Assembly: GCA_034189535.1 (NCBI GenBank)
Contig: JAXHUQ010000001.1
Location: 67-64,066, forward strand
DNA length: 64,000 nt
Source of the DNA: Halobacteriota archaeon
GTDB lineage: Archaea > Halobacteriota > Syntropharchaeia > DAOWMC01
Direction of reading: 5' to 3'
A program made the position numbers and the translations under genes. Of the stretch, positions 39,869 to 50,131 are shown one piece after another. Position 1 is the first letter of the stretch; the number at the start of each line of letters is the position of its first letter. Under the pieces are notes generated by a model. It did no database searches. It worked only from the letters and a program-made list of their open reading frames with translations, and was not told the DNA's origin.

Positions 39869-42800
39869 TCAGTAGGCTGCACTATCGACAAAAAAAGTGG
39901 CTGAATACTTACCTGGGGCAGCAGATAGAGGTATGTCAAGGTAGAGGTAAATGTCCTTAAAGGTACCTTGCCCCAGAGATGATATCTGTGGGGATATGGT
40001 AGATGCGTTTGCAACATAGATGCTAACGTCATCCCAGTATATCGTTGTTGCATTCCCATCCTCTCGAATAACTATCTTCTCATTTGACGATGGATCAATT
40101 ATGTTCGATCCATTTGTAAAGTTTGATGAGTATATCCAGACGTCAATATTTACACTTCCCGCGTTGTATATTGTGCAGGTCGGAGTGCCACTTGAGGAGT
40201 TCTGAGTGGGGACAGTGACTGCGGTTCCGAGTTCTCCTGTCGGAAAAGACCATCCTGAAAGGTTTGCTGTTGAACTACTGTTTCTTACCTCGACGAGTAC
40301 CTGCGATGAGGTGTACCAAGTAACATTCCAATCATGCAGGGTTGGAGTATAAGATGTATCTGTCGTGGATAGATTTGCTTGTAGTTTTATTGAGGTTGCG
40401 GATGAAGCGCATGAAGAGATGTCATAACCGGAATTTGCCTGGGCAGAGGTGATTGTACAGAGTACCGAATCATCTGAGGCATCTAAAATTTTGTAGGTGA
40501 TATTCGTATCCTGTGTTGCATTTATCGTATCGTTTGCATAAAACCTGTCCCAACACCCAAGAGAAGACGGAACAATTGGGGGGGATGTAATCTCTCCCGT
40601 GGAGTTATATATCGGATCAGAAGTGTAATCAACATCAACATAGGCCTGGGTACATCTCACCCTACTTCCCTGTAACAATAAATAATATCTTGAAAGACTA
40701 GTCCCTATCTCCAGATCATCCACTTCATCCCATGTCCAGGGTTGTGAAGTATATGGATTGTTTACCACTTCCTCTGAATAGTTATGCCAACTATCATCAT
40801 TACTATCAATTTGGTGGTAATCACCATCGTAAGTTGTGCCATAAGTCCTCAGGGAGGCTCTGGCACGACCGTCCCTGTTATTGTAGTACCTCTGGACACG
40901 ATAGTGAAGTGTGATATTATTAATTGTCCCACTGCCTTCCGTATGATCTTCGACATTGTATAGGTCTCTTGCCCAACTACCCCATCCGGAACCGCCTCCT
41001 GATCTATATACAAATGTGGAAGTATCATCAGGAGTGGCTTCATCTACCTTGTCCCAATGATCACCGGAGGACGGATCTTGGTCTAGGGCTGTCTCGCTTC
41101 CTTGAGCGTTAGGCCTTAAAGTTTCTATCCCGGACGAAGTATTACCCTTCAAATTCACAGCTCCACCACTTACCATGATATTTGATGACGAATCAATCCC
41201 CGAAGATCCGCCAAAATAGTCCATCCAGTGCTTCCGGTGCTCCTCCGCACCAAGATCTACAGTTGGTGTCAAAGAGACGTATTGGCGAAATCCTGTCCAA
41301 TTGACCGCACGTTCTATTAGAGTTTCCCCATCAGTATTAGTATTCCTGTAAATGAAACCCAAATGGACAATCCTTTGTCCGGTATTCACCGAGTTCAGAT
41401 CCGAGGTACCTGCCTCAATCACTTGAATGCTCGAGTAGGAGGTTTCACCTTCTCTGTCTGCAAGGGAATCTCCTATGCTACCTGTTTTTGAAGGAGATGC
41501 CATATAATCGGAACCTGTATATACTGCTAGACCTCCGGTAGGGAAAGGACTGGTAATGTAGTGGGTATTATCCAAAATTACAATCCCGTCATTATTATTT
41601 TCTTCTTTTACTTCATTTGTGAACTTAAGATCAAAAACCTCGAGGCCGGAGGTGTACGTCTGTTCAGTTGCACCCCCCTCGGGGCCGGTAATGATCGGTA
41701 TATTCTCGTTATCAAGATATGACCTCAACTTTTCACCAAGTCCATTGGCATCCATATGTGGCCTTCCATATGCGATCATGTCATATCCTGAGAGATCCGT
41801 TGCTCCACTTGCAACATCTCCATCGTCAACAAGTGTTACGTTGTAACCAGCGTCCTCTAAGATACCCCTAATATTGGTCGTTGCGGCATGAGTGGATGAG
41901 TCGTATACCTCTGCAATATCGTATATCTTTTGCCTCGTTGAATCGAAATCACTAACCGTGCTTGCACTGGAATTCCCATAATATAAATAAGCTGATATGG
42001 TAGAAGATGCAGGAATCTCTGTCACGTTGATCCAGATCACACTCTGACCGGATGTGTTCCATCTCTCTATATAGTGAGGGATGAGCGTCTCCGTATCGGT
42101 CGTTGAGTTGTAGAGTGTGAATCTTGTATCGTTTCCGTTTTGATCTGCCTTGGTGTAGTTAAAGTTACTTGAGTTGAGCGTAATCAGAATCTGATAACCT
42201 GTCAATTTTGATCCCGAGTTCTCTGTTATGTTGATCAGCATCCTATAGCCCCATGATTCGTTCCACCAGTGATCCCCGACGGCATAATTGTGTGCATAAT
42301 CGGAATCGCTACCAAAGCTGAACTGAAGGTGGTGCTTTCCCGGAGTTAATGCCCTGCACGTGAAGTATCCTGTCTCGTTGCAAGAATAATCGGAATAATA
42401 GACCTTTTTTCCGTCGTATTGGGGACTCAAGATCCTGTTCCCACATCTAAGCTCAAGGAACTCAAGATCCTTTGTAAAGAAGGTATTGTTTACGGGAGTG
42501 ATGGTCAGATCAGCACTTCCAATTGTAGTGAATTTTACCGTCCAGTTTCCTCCAACCGCCGGATAGGACTGTACGTTTATGATACTGATATCTGCCTCAA
42601 CTTCAAATGACTGATCAGAAAGTCTTGGAACGTTCCAGATTATCTTATCTAATATCTCGTTACCATTGGTATCTATTATGCTGACATTGAACCTCGGATC
42701 GTCTGTAACTTCCTCTCTTGAGCTATTGTTCAACCAGTAGAGCTTTATATCCGACTTCTCGATTTCACCGATATCAGTAGAAGTGGTAACATTATGATAA

Positions 42801-44188
42801 TGAACAGAAGCCTTCGAGTTAACATCCACTCTCTTCAGATAACCGGCTCCATTTTTGATGATACGCTCCTCTTTGAAAGGAGCAGGAGTCTCATAATTGA
42901 CAGAAAAGACCCTACTCTCTTTTGATCTTAAGGTGTAGTTGAAGTTGAACTCCTTCTCTTTGGTTTTATTGGTATGGGCATTAGCATTGATCTCATTTAC
43001 ACCGATATTCTCTTCAATACCTTTCAGATCTTTAACAAAAACCTCAGTTGCATCTTTGGGCAGCGTAAATGAGGTATTAAGGCTTTTAGAGACGTTCTTA
43101 TCGTTTCCTGTAAAGATTTTCTTCGTCCATTTCACGGGCTTTCCAATCTCGGCCTTTCCCTGTATAGCTTCTTCATGGCATTCTGCGGGAATAACTGAGA
43201 AATTAGCTGTTAAATTAATTGTTTCATTTAAAATAGTAATATTTGCTAGTACTGTGAAATTTCCAGTCATATGTGGGGTATAATTGTAAATTGATCCATT
43301 TATTTCTCCATGAAATAACTCTTCTTCCTGATTTTTGATGGTGAGAGTGACAGACGTATTATTTGGCCTTTTTAACTCAATATTTACCTTTTCGCATAAT
43401 GTAACCAGATCTTTTTTGGTACTGAGAGTAGCTGCACTCAATAAATTCTTCTTTGTCTCTTGAGATTCTAAATTCACCTCAAATTCAACAGATAGGTTGA
43501 TATCTTCGCCATATCTTGTGATATTTGCAGTAGCAGTATAATTTCCCGGAATGCCTGGGATAAAAGAGTATACGAAACTTTCGTTTCTTCTCTCGTTTAA
43601 AAGTTCCTGTGATCCGACACCTACTATCTTGAAATCAACGGTAGAATTCTCCGGAAGGTCGATTGTAATATTCACATTCTCGCCTGTGGTGTAGATATCT
43701 TTATCAGTCGTAACTGACGCGTTGAGAGGATCGTGATCTTGCAATATCGTCACTTCTTCTACCCCTATGATGGTTGGATATCCTTCAAAGAAGACGCTGG
43801 TGCTATTATTATTTTGAAAACTGATCTGTGCAGGTCCGAGGGTGTAATTTTTAGCCTCTTTTGCCTGCAATTTATACTCAAGGACCACCTCACCACTTAT
43901 GTCGATATTCCACCTAAGCTCAGTGAAGCCTCCCCAGTCTATGACTTCGGCGACTCCAGGGTCTGTGACCACAAGGCCTTCGGGTAAGAAATCGATAACT
44001 GTGGAATTATTAATCTCGCTTGTAGAACTTAATAAAAGCTTTATTGGAAAGGTCTCCCCCAAGTATAAGTTGCCAGGGGCGTCTCTTGATATACATACCA
44101 CATCTAAAGGAGCGCTTGTTGGGCCACCATAGATCGCAGGTGATACTATCAGGATAATAAAAATGATCGATAGTATCTTCTCCCACAT
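39869..44188 (-). CDS. Giant (1439 aa) secreted cell-surface glycoprotein candidate, S-layer/adhesin-like
   Basis: N-terminal signal peptide, very high density of N-x-S/T sequons, Ser/Thr-rich with beta-rich repeats. Confidence 0.6.
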   Translation of the reverse strand: MWEKILSIIFIILIVSPAIYGGPTSAPLDVVCISRDAPGNLYLGETFPIKLLLSSTSEINNSTVIDFLPEGLVVTDPGVAEVIDWGGFTELRWNIDISGEVVLEYKLQAKEAKNYTLGPAQISFQNNNSTSVFFEGYPTIIGVEEVTILQDHDPLNASVTTDKDIYTTGENVNITIDLPENSTVDFKIVGVGSQELLNERRNESFVYSFIPGIPGNYTATANITRYGEDINLSVEFEVNLESQETKKNLLSAATLSTKKDLVTLCEKVNIELKRPNNTSVTLTIKNQEEELFHGEINGSIYNYTPHMTGNFTVLANITILNETINLTANFSVIPAECHEEAIQGKAEIGKPVKWTKKIFTGNDKNVSKSLNTSFTLPKDATEVFVKDLKGIEENIGVNEINANAHTNKTKEKEFNFNYTLRSKESRVFSVNYETPAPFKEERIIKNGAGYLKRVDVNSKASVHYHNVTTSTDIGEIEKSDIKLYWLNNSSREEVTDDPRFNVSIIDTNGNEILDKIIWNVPRLSDQSFEVEADISIINVQSYPAVGGNWTVKFTTIGSADLTITPVNNTFFTKDLEFLELRCGNRILSPQYDGKKVYYSDYSCNETGYFTCRALTPGKHHLQFSFGSDSDYAHNYAVGDHWWNESWGYRMLINITENSGSKLTGYQILITLNSSNFNYTKADQNGNDTRFTLYNSTTDTETLIPHYIERWNTSGQSVIWINVTEIPASSTISAYLYYGNSSASTVSDFDSTRQKIYDIAEVYDSSTHAATTNIRGILEDAGYNVTLVDDGDVASGATDLSGYDMIAYGRPHMDANGLGEKLRSYLDNENIPIITGPEGGATEQTYTSGLEVFDLKFTNEVKEENNNDGIVILDNTHYITSPFPTGGLAVYTGSDYMASPSKTGSIGDSLADREGETSYSSIQVIEAGTSDLNSVNTGQRIVHLGFIYRNTNTDGETLIERAVNWTGFRQYVSLTPTVDLGAEEHRKHWMDYFGGSSGIDSSSNIMVSGGAVNLKGNTSSGIETLRPNAQGSETALDQDPSSGDHWDKVDEATPDDTSTFVYRSGGGSGWGSWARDLYNVEDHTEGSGTINNITLHYRVQRYYNNRDGRARASLRTYGTTYDGDYHQIDSNDDSWHNYSEEVVNNPYTSQPWTWDEVDDLEIGTSLSRYYLLLQGSRVRCTQAYVDVDYTSDPIYNSTGEITSPPIVPSSLGCWDRFYANDTINATQDTNITYKILDASDDSVLCTITSAQANSGYDISSCASSATSIKLQANLSTTDTSYTPTLHDWNVTWYTSSQVLVEVRNSSSTANLSGWSFPTGELGTAVTVPTQNSSSGTPTCTIYNAGSVNIDVWIYSSNFTNGSNIIDPSSNEKIVIREDGNATTIYWDDVSIYVANASTISPQISSLGQGTFKDIYLYLDIPLSAAPGKYSATFFVDSAAY

Positions 44189-44292
44189 TGGTCACATCCC
44201 CCAAATCCCCTATATACTTTATTATTGTTAAGCGTTTTGGAGAAAAAGATAAAAATTGGCTTTAGTGATGGAAAGGATATGAAGCTGAGTGG

Positions 44293-45195
44293 CTATAAAA
44301 GATCTCTTAGATAAATCTTATGTTTTCCGAGATTTCCACCGTAATTACCCGCAGATATACGTGAAACACCATCAATATTGCGTACACTATATATAGCGGC
44401 CTTCATAGCCTCTTTGAGAACCTCGGTGGTTGTCGCATTGATCACAATCTCCGGTATCGATGAGACCCCATCCGGGACTTTTGATTCAGAGATATTTTCT
44501 TTGAGTGTGGGACAGAAAATGTGATTGGTGGTCGGACCGATTTCGGGGTATTTTGTCTCCGGTTTCGAACCGGCAGAACATATATCAAAAGAAGTTATGG
44601 CACCCTCTAACTCACCTATGGCTTCGACTGCGCTGTCTCCTGCCTCAAGCGCCACATCCATATTTTTGCAGAAGAACCAGACATTTCCCCCCATTATACC
44701 TTTTGCATAGCCAAGGTATCTCTCTATCAAGAACTCTCCCATCATCAATGGGATATTAATCATATCTTTTCCGAAGCGCTCCTCTGTGGTCTCATATCCA
44801 TCTCCGCAGTGGCCCACTCTATCCATAATATCTATCTTATCATCCGAATCTATGAGGTTAAAGATCGTTGTCGTTGGTGTTACAAGAATTCCCTGCCTGA
44901 TACGCTTCGACATCTCATATTCCAGGGTATTTACAGCGTCTTTTCTGTTGTTCACCCATATCTGTATGATGGCTCCTATGCGCCCGTCGGGTGTATCGCC
45001 CTCATCAACAAAACCTTCGATTCCACCCTCTGCCTCACCAAAAACAGTTGAAGGTAATGCAGTTGCACTCCTGATTGCCCCAAGCAACCTAGGCTCGTCT
45101 TTTGCAGTGACAAGTAGCCTTGCAAGAAGACCGTCAAACGCTTCACAGTAAGTGTCGTCCACCTCTATTCCGTTGATTCCAAGTCCCATTGGCAA
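44293..45195 (-). CDS. ftr: Formylmethanofuran--tetrahydromethanopterin N-formyltransferase
   Basis: N-terminal 'INGIEVDDTYCEAFDG' matches the Ftr consensus 'INGVEIEDTFAEAF'; about 300 aa. Confidence 0.8.
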   Translation of the reverse strand: MPMGLGINGIEVDDTYCEAFDGLLARLLVTAKDEPRLLGAIRSATALPSTVFGEAEGGIEGFVDEGDTPDGRIGAIIQIWVNNRKDAVNTLEYEMSKRIRQGILVTPTTTIFNLIDSDDKIDIMDRVGHCGDGYETTEERFGKDMINIPLMMGEFLIERYLGYAKGIMGGNVWFFCKNMDVALEAGDSAVEAIGELEGAITSFDICSAGSKPETKYPEIGPTTNHIFCPTLKENISESKVPDGVSSIPEIVINATTTEVLKEAMKAAIYSVRNIDGVSRISAGNYGGNLGKHKIYLRDLL

Positions 45196-45216
45196 TGATT
45201 ACTTCCTTTTAGCTTC

Positions 45217-45594
45217 TCAATAATTACCACTGACGACTTTGCTTCTATCTACTCTTACGTTGGAAGGAGTTATTATCAGCTTATCTTCCCCAAGCCCCGC
45301 TATGTCGCCTCTTACATCCCCCACAAACTGCTTCAGATCTTTAATCGCACGATCTATCAAGAGTTTATCGTTTTTCACGGAGGATATATCGATTATCATC
45401 ATATTTCCATTATATATCTCATTTTTTAGGCCCGGAAGGTCATTCAGGTTAGAAAGCTCAGCAATTCTCACATACATCTCAGCATCTGCATCTTCCATCC
45501 CACTTTCATACTCTCCTAGATCCAGCTCAACATAGTTACCAACATTTACCTTCTTCGGTCTACTTCCAAAAAGCGTATCTGTGAATTTTGCCAT
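45217..45594 (-). CDS. sepF: SepF-like (DUF552) cell-division protein
   Basis: 'NYVELDLGEY...NGNMMIIDISSV...LIITPSNVRVD' matches the SepF pattern; start trimmed to the internal Met. Confidence 0.5.
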   Translation of the reverse strand: MAKFTDTLFGSRPKKVNVGNYVELDLGEYESGMEDADAEMYVRIAELSNLNDLPGLKNEIYNGNMMIIDISSVKNDKLLIDRAIKDLKQFVGDVRGDIAGLGEDKLIITPSNVRVDRSKVVSGNY

Positions 45595-45619
45595 AACCAC
45601 CACTCTCACATAATTTATA

Positions 45620-46240
45620 TTAATCTTGTGCACATCTAATAAATCTTTTTCCAATGACATAGATTTCCGCGCTCTCCTTTCGGGAAGCATCCGGTGTATA
45701 TCCTTTTACAAACGCAAACCTTTTACTCATCTCTTTTAAGAATCCGTTATACAGATTCCCCTGAAATACCTTCACTGCGAAGTTACCATCATCCTTGAGA
45801 ATCTCTTTGCAAAGGCCAAGTGCGGTCGATGCAAGATCGATCGAACGGGCATGGTCGTAGCTCCAATTTCCTGAGAGATTCGGGGATGCGTCACAGATCA
45901 CCACATCTACGTAGGTTATCTCTCTTCTTATCTTTGTGAGTGTAAATTCAGAGAATATGTCGCCCTTGATGATCTTAACACCTTCAATAGGTTCTATCTC
46001 CTTTCTATCGACTCCAAGAACAACTCCACAAGAGATGTCCTTTGCGACCTGCAACCAGCCACCTGGTGCCGCTCCCAGGTCCAGCACGGTATCGTTTCGC
46101 TTTATTAGTTGGTACTTTGAGTTCATCTGGATAAGTTTGTACGAAGATCTTGCACGGTATCCTTCCCTTCGTGCCTTTCTGTAGTAGTAGTCCTTCTGCG
46201 CTTGTTTCATAAGTACCAGATCTATTATTACATTACGCAA
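45620..46240 (-). CDS. rlmE: FtsJ/RlmE-type rRNA 2'-O-methyltransferase
   Basis: 'VLDLGAAPGGWLQVA' SAM-binding motif and K-D-K-E-type catalytic residues. Confidence 0.8.
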   Translation of the reverse strand: MRNVIIDLVLMKQAQKDYYYRKARREGYRARSSYKLIQMNSKYQLIKRNDTVLDLGAAPGGWLQVAKDISCGVVLGVDRKEIEPIEGVKIIKGDIFSEFTLTKIRREITYVDVVICDASPNLSGNWSYDHARSIDLASTALGLCKEILKDDGNFAVKVFQGNLYNGFLKEMSKRFAFVKGYTPDASRKESAEIYVIGKRFIRCAQD

Positions 46241-46303
46241 CCTTTATATTTTTTCAATTGCTTTTGGGTAGGGGAATACTAAGAACAAAGAGAGGTTGAA
46301 TAT

Positions 46304-46945
46304 ATGGAACTTGGTTCATTTGTGAAGAGATATAAGCGCGCAAGGTATGGATTTTTCGACTGGAGAAGCGATCTGACTTTGATCAATAAAATTACTCTTG
46401 CTATCTTTTTTGCATCTTTGACAGGCCTCATGGCACAGATGAGGGTTTATTTACCATTTACGCCGGTGCCAGTAACCGGACAGGTCTTTGCGGTCCTTCT
46501 TGCAGGAGTACTCCTCGGAGGAAGATATGGGGGGTTAAGTCAGCTCTTTTATGCAGGCATCGGCGCTGCTGGAGTTCCCTGGTTTGCCGGAGCAGCAAGT
46601 GGTATTGGTTATCTTACCGGAGTGACCGGAGGGTATTTGGTCGGATTTATCATAGCCGCTTTTGTAATAGGCGAATTCACCGACCGATACGTGGCTTCTA
46701 GAGGGCTTATTCCTCAGATGCTTCTTATGACGACCGGTATTGGAATAATTTACACTCTCGGATCATTACAGCTCGCTTTAGTACTCGATCTTAGTTTATC
46801 TGAGGCTATCTTGATGGGTGCCCTACCATTCGTCCCGGTAGATCTCGTTAAGGCTTTTGCAGCCGCCACAATAGCCTTCGGTATTTTACCGAAGACATCA
46901 TATACTGAAGAGCTGGATGCTGAAAAGTATCCCTATGAGTTCTGA
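46304..46945 (+). CDS. bioY: BioY-family biotin transporter S-component
   Basis: 'TPVPVTGQVFAVLLAGVLLGGRYG...GVPWFAGAASG...GVTGGYLVGF' matches the BioY consensus. Confidence 0.7.
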   Translation: MELGSFVKRYKRARYGFFDWRSDLTLINKITLAIFFASLTGLMAQMRVYLPFTPVPVTGQVFAVLLAGVLLGGRYGGLSQLFYAGIGAAGVPWFAGAASGIGYLTGVTGGYLVGFIIAAFVIGEFTDRYVASRGLIPQMLLMTTGIGIIYTLGSLQLALVLDLSLSEAILMGALPFVPVDLVKAFAAATIAFGILPKTSYTEELDAEKYPYEF

Positions 46946-46946
46946 T

Positions 46947-48392
46947 TTAAATGAAACGTACGACACTCACACCCATAGTTTGAAGGTCAATGATCGGAAC
47001 TTTTGCAGGATCGGGTTTAATATTCAGTCTCTTCTGAAAGTCCGTCTGGTCCTGCCACGTTCCTGAATTGATGAGTGTCACTCCTCTATATTTGGATATC
47101 CCTACCGTATGGACGTGCCCGCAATGTATGATGTCCGGTATCGTCTCTATCACAAAATGATCGGTATTCTCCGGTGCAATAGAGACGTGGGCGCCGTAAA
47201 CCGGAGATATGTGCCTGCGCCTCAACATCTCGACCATTCCGATCTCAGGACTATCATAGGATGCTCCCGGAACCGATGTTATCAGATCCTCAAGAGAGCG
47301 ACCGTGATATACAAGTATGCGGATCCCACTGATCTCAATAAGAGACGGGTTACCAATAAATTCGACATTCTTCTTAAATAGCCTTCTTATCTCTTCAGGA
47401 AGCGCTGGTTGCGGTTCCGCCTGCCTCACAGCATCATGATTTCCCGGTGAGATGATTATACGAATCCTTTCAGGTAATTCTGCTAGGTGTTCTGCTGCTC
47501 TCTTATACTGGTCATATATATCTGTAATTGCGAGTTCAAACTCTTGGTTTGGGTATATTCCTACCCCATCCACAATATCTCCCGCAATCACCATGTATTG
47601 GATCCTCTCAGCAAATGCCTTCTGTTTCTCATTTCCGACATCCAGATTTAACCATCTAACGAATCGTTCCCAGGCTTCTTCCAAAAAGACATCGCTTCCG
47701 ACATGCAGATCTGAAGTTAGAATGGCTGATGAAGGGACCGGTGATCGGTTTGGGGAGTTTGTAATGGGGATCTCAGGATACGTGATGTGCTTGGCGATTA
47801 TGAGGCCGTCGTTTGTGCTGAAACCGGTGATTCCAATGACCTCATCCAAGATTATGTTGCTGTCAAAAACCTCCTTATCTTTTAATAGAAGGACCGAGCA
47901 GCTACCTGTCAAATCGTCCAAGGTAATGATCTTATGACCGTTTGTTGTGGTGGCAAAATCCGAGACCATCCCAACCACGCAGACGTCATTTTTACCATGA
48001 CCGTTTCCATTACGGTTGATTGTGTCTATGGGCTGGGGACTGATTCGTTTCTTAAGAATGCCACTCAACCTCTCATACCTATCTCTGAAATAGTTGACAA
48101 ACTCCTCATAATCTCCCACACAAGTGGAAATATCTGTAATATCTTTGAGTATCTTGACTTTTATATCCGTTCGTGGTTGAAAAGGTCTTACATGGTCAGG
48201 ACTTACCACGAGGACAGAGTCGTCAAGCGAGTTTATTATGTTCTCTATCATATTGATTGGTGCACCATACTGTTTTATGATCCCAATAGCATCTGGGTGA
48301 ATATGAAATCCCTCCTCAATAAATTTTTGAACAATGCTATCCGTCTCACAATCCATATCGGAAACATATTTACCTTTGAAGATATAAACCAT
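46947..48392 (-). CDS. polD1: DNA polymerase II (PolD) small subunit DP1
   Basis: C-terminal calcineurin-like phosphoesterase motifs ('DLHVGS', 'GDIVDG', 'GNHD', 'GHVH') and an OB-fold middle region; about 480 aa. Confidence 0.75.
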   Translation of the reverse strand: MVYIFKGKYVSDMDCETDSIVQKFIEEGFHIHPDAIGIIKQYGAPINMIENIINSLDDSVLVVSPDHVRPFQPRTDIKVKILKDITDISTCVGDYEEFVNYFRDRYERLSGILKKRISPQPIDTINRNGNGHGKNDVCVVGMVSDFATTTNGHKIITLDDLTGSCSVLLLKDKEVFDSNIILDEVIGITGFSTNDGLIIAKHITYPEIPITNSPNRSPVPSSAILTSDLHVGSDVFLEEAWERFVRWLNLDVGNEKQKAFAERIQYMVIAGDIVDGVGIYPNQEFELAITDIYDQYKRAAEHLAELPERIRIIISPGNHDAVRQAEPQPALPEEIRRLFKKNVEFIGNPSLIEISGIRILVYHGRSLEDLITSVPGASYDSPEIGMVEMLRRRHISPVYGAHVSIAPENTDHFVIETIPDIIHCGHVHTVGISKYRGVTLINSGTWQDQTDFQKRLNIKPDPAKVPIIDLQTMGVSVVRFI

Positions 48393-48409
48393 ACGATAGG
48401 GGGTATAAA

Positions 48410-48928
48410 ATGGGAGAAGAGAAGAGTTCTTTGATTGATGTCATAAAGGATGTAGGATCATCTATTCTGATAGTGGGTGCGATAGTGCTCACGGCTTATC
48501 TCATCTCCGGAACGTGGCCCGTTGTAGTCGCAGTGGAGTCTTCGAGCATGGAGCCTAATATATATCCAGGGGATCTAGTATTTCTTCAAGGACCACAAAG
48601 GACAGAAATAAACACAAATGAAGATGAGGATGACATGTCTTTTAATGACTATGGAGATGTAATCGTATTCAATCCGGATGGAGATACCAAGCGTACACCT
48701 ATAATACATAGGGCGATGTACATAGTCGATGAGGGTGAAATAATACCTAGTGGGTCGAAAGCCCCTCATGAGGGGTATATCACAAAGGGTGACAATAATC
48801 ATCATCCTGATCAGGCAGGCATGCTGGACCCGGTAAAACAGGATTGGGTAGTTGGTGTAGCAAGATTTCGAATTCCATACCTCGGGCATATCACACTTAC
48901 CATGAGGGATCTCTTTATACCGGAATGA
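48410..48928 (+). CDS. Signal peptidase I (archaeal S26 type)
   Basis: TM helix then 'VVAVESSSMEPNIYPGDLVF' with the catalytic Ser. Confidence 0.7.
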   Translation: MGEEKSSLIDVIKDVGSSILIVGAIVLTAYLISGTWPVVVAVESSSMEPNIYPGDLVFLQGPQRTEINTNEDEDDMSFNDYGDVIVFNPDGDTKRTPIIHRAMYIVDEGEIIPSGSKAPHEGYITKGDNNHHPDQAGMLDPVKQDWVVGVARFRIPYLGHITLTMRDLFIPE

Positions 48929-49037
48929 AGGAGTCTTATATGATTAAAAGGGGGTACTCAATGCTGTTTTGTATAACATTGTCAATATCAATAGCTATAA
49001 GTATCCAAACACAAAATTGTGTGGGGCGGGGTTTGGC

Positions 49038-50090
49038 ATGAATGAAAATAAACTTATTCCATCAATGTTCATAGGCGTGGATGGCGGAAATTTAATATCT
49101 TTTGGTTCCGGTCAGCCGGATCTGCCCCCTCCGAAAGAGATATATGAGATGGTACCTAGGTTCAATGGTTTCAAGTATGGCCTCATACAGGGAAATGCTA
49201 ATTTGCGAGAGGCACTTGCAACACAATATATGGGATCGGATGAGAATAATTTCGTGATCACGAATGGGGCTTCCGAAGCGCTTGATCTGACTTTTAGGAC
49301 ACTTGGAAATAGTGGAGGCAAGGTGCTTGTACACAAGCCTTACTATTACTCCTACCCCCCCCTTATTGAGGCAGCAGGTTTGGAACCGGTATACACCGAA
49401 ACCGTGGACGGTAAAATTGATATTGACGATTTTCACAAGAAAGTAAGTGATTGTAAGGCAGTTCTGATAAATTCACCGGGAAATCCAACCGGAAGGATAC
49501 AGGATATAAATACGCTCAAGGAGATCGAGAAGGTGACTGAAGACCTCGGTATCGTTCTGATCTCGGATGAGGTATACAAGGATCTGATCTACGAGAGAGA
49601 GAATTACCTTCTTAGGGGGCCCCATGTGGTCACCGTAAACTCATTTTCAAAAACATTTGCGATGTGCGGTTTCAGGGTGGGATTTCTATACTCTAACGAC
49701 AGGTCGATAGTGGATAACGTCATCGGACTCAAGACTCACACCTCAATGAATACGAACATTCTTGCTCAGGAGATGGCTTATACTGCTGCGAATGCTCCAA
49801 GAGGCTATGTGGATGCGCAGCTAAAGATATGGAAAGAAAGGCGCAATCTGATCTGCGAAGGCTTAGAGGATCTGGGCCTTGAATTCTCTAGGCCTGAAGG
49901 TGCGTTCTATGTCCTTCCGAAGGTAAAAGATCCAGCAAAGGCAGTATGGAATCTCTTCAAGAGATATGACGTCATCACTTATCTTGGGGATTGGTTCGGC
50001 GCTCCTGACAGGATACGGTTGAGCTATGCCCTAGATACCGAAAAGATTGAGGAAGGATTGAGCAAGATAAAGAGATATCTGGACGAATGA
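49038..50090 (+). CDS. Class I/II PLP-dependent aminotransferase (aspartate-aminotransferase-like)
   Basis: 'NSFSKTFAMCGFRVGF' PLP-lysine motif; start moved to the internal Met. Confidence 0.75.
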   Translation: MNENKLIPSMFIGVDGGNLISFGSGQPDLPPPKEIYEMVPRFNGFKYGLIQGNANLREALATQYMGSDENNFVITNGASEALDLTFRTLGNSGGKVLVHKPYYYSYPPLIEAAGLEPVYTETVDGKIDIDDFHKKVSDCKAVLINSPGNPTGRIQDINTLKEIEKVTEDLGIVLISDEVYKDLIYERENYLLRGPHVVTVNSFSKTFAMCGFRVGFLYSNDRSIVDNVIGLKTHTSMNTNILAQEMAYTAANAPRGYVDAQLKIWKERRNLICEGLEDLGLEFSRPEGAFYVLPKVKDPAKAVWNLFKRYDVITYLGDWFGAPDRIRLSYALDTEKIEEGLSKIKRYLDE

Positions 50091-50131
50091 TGATAAAATA
50101 AGTCTTATTAGTGATGAATTAGGGATTCAAC

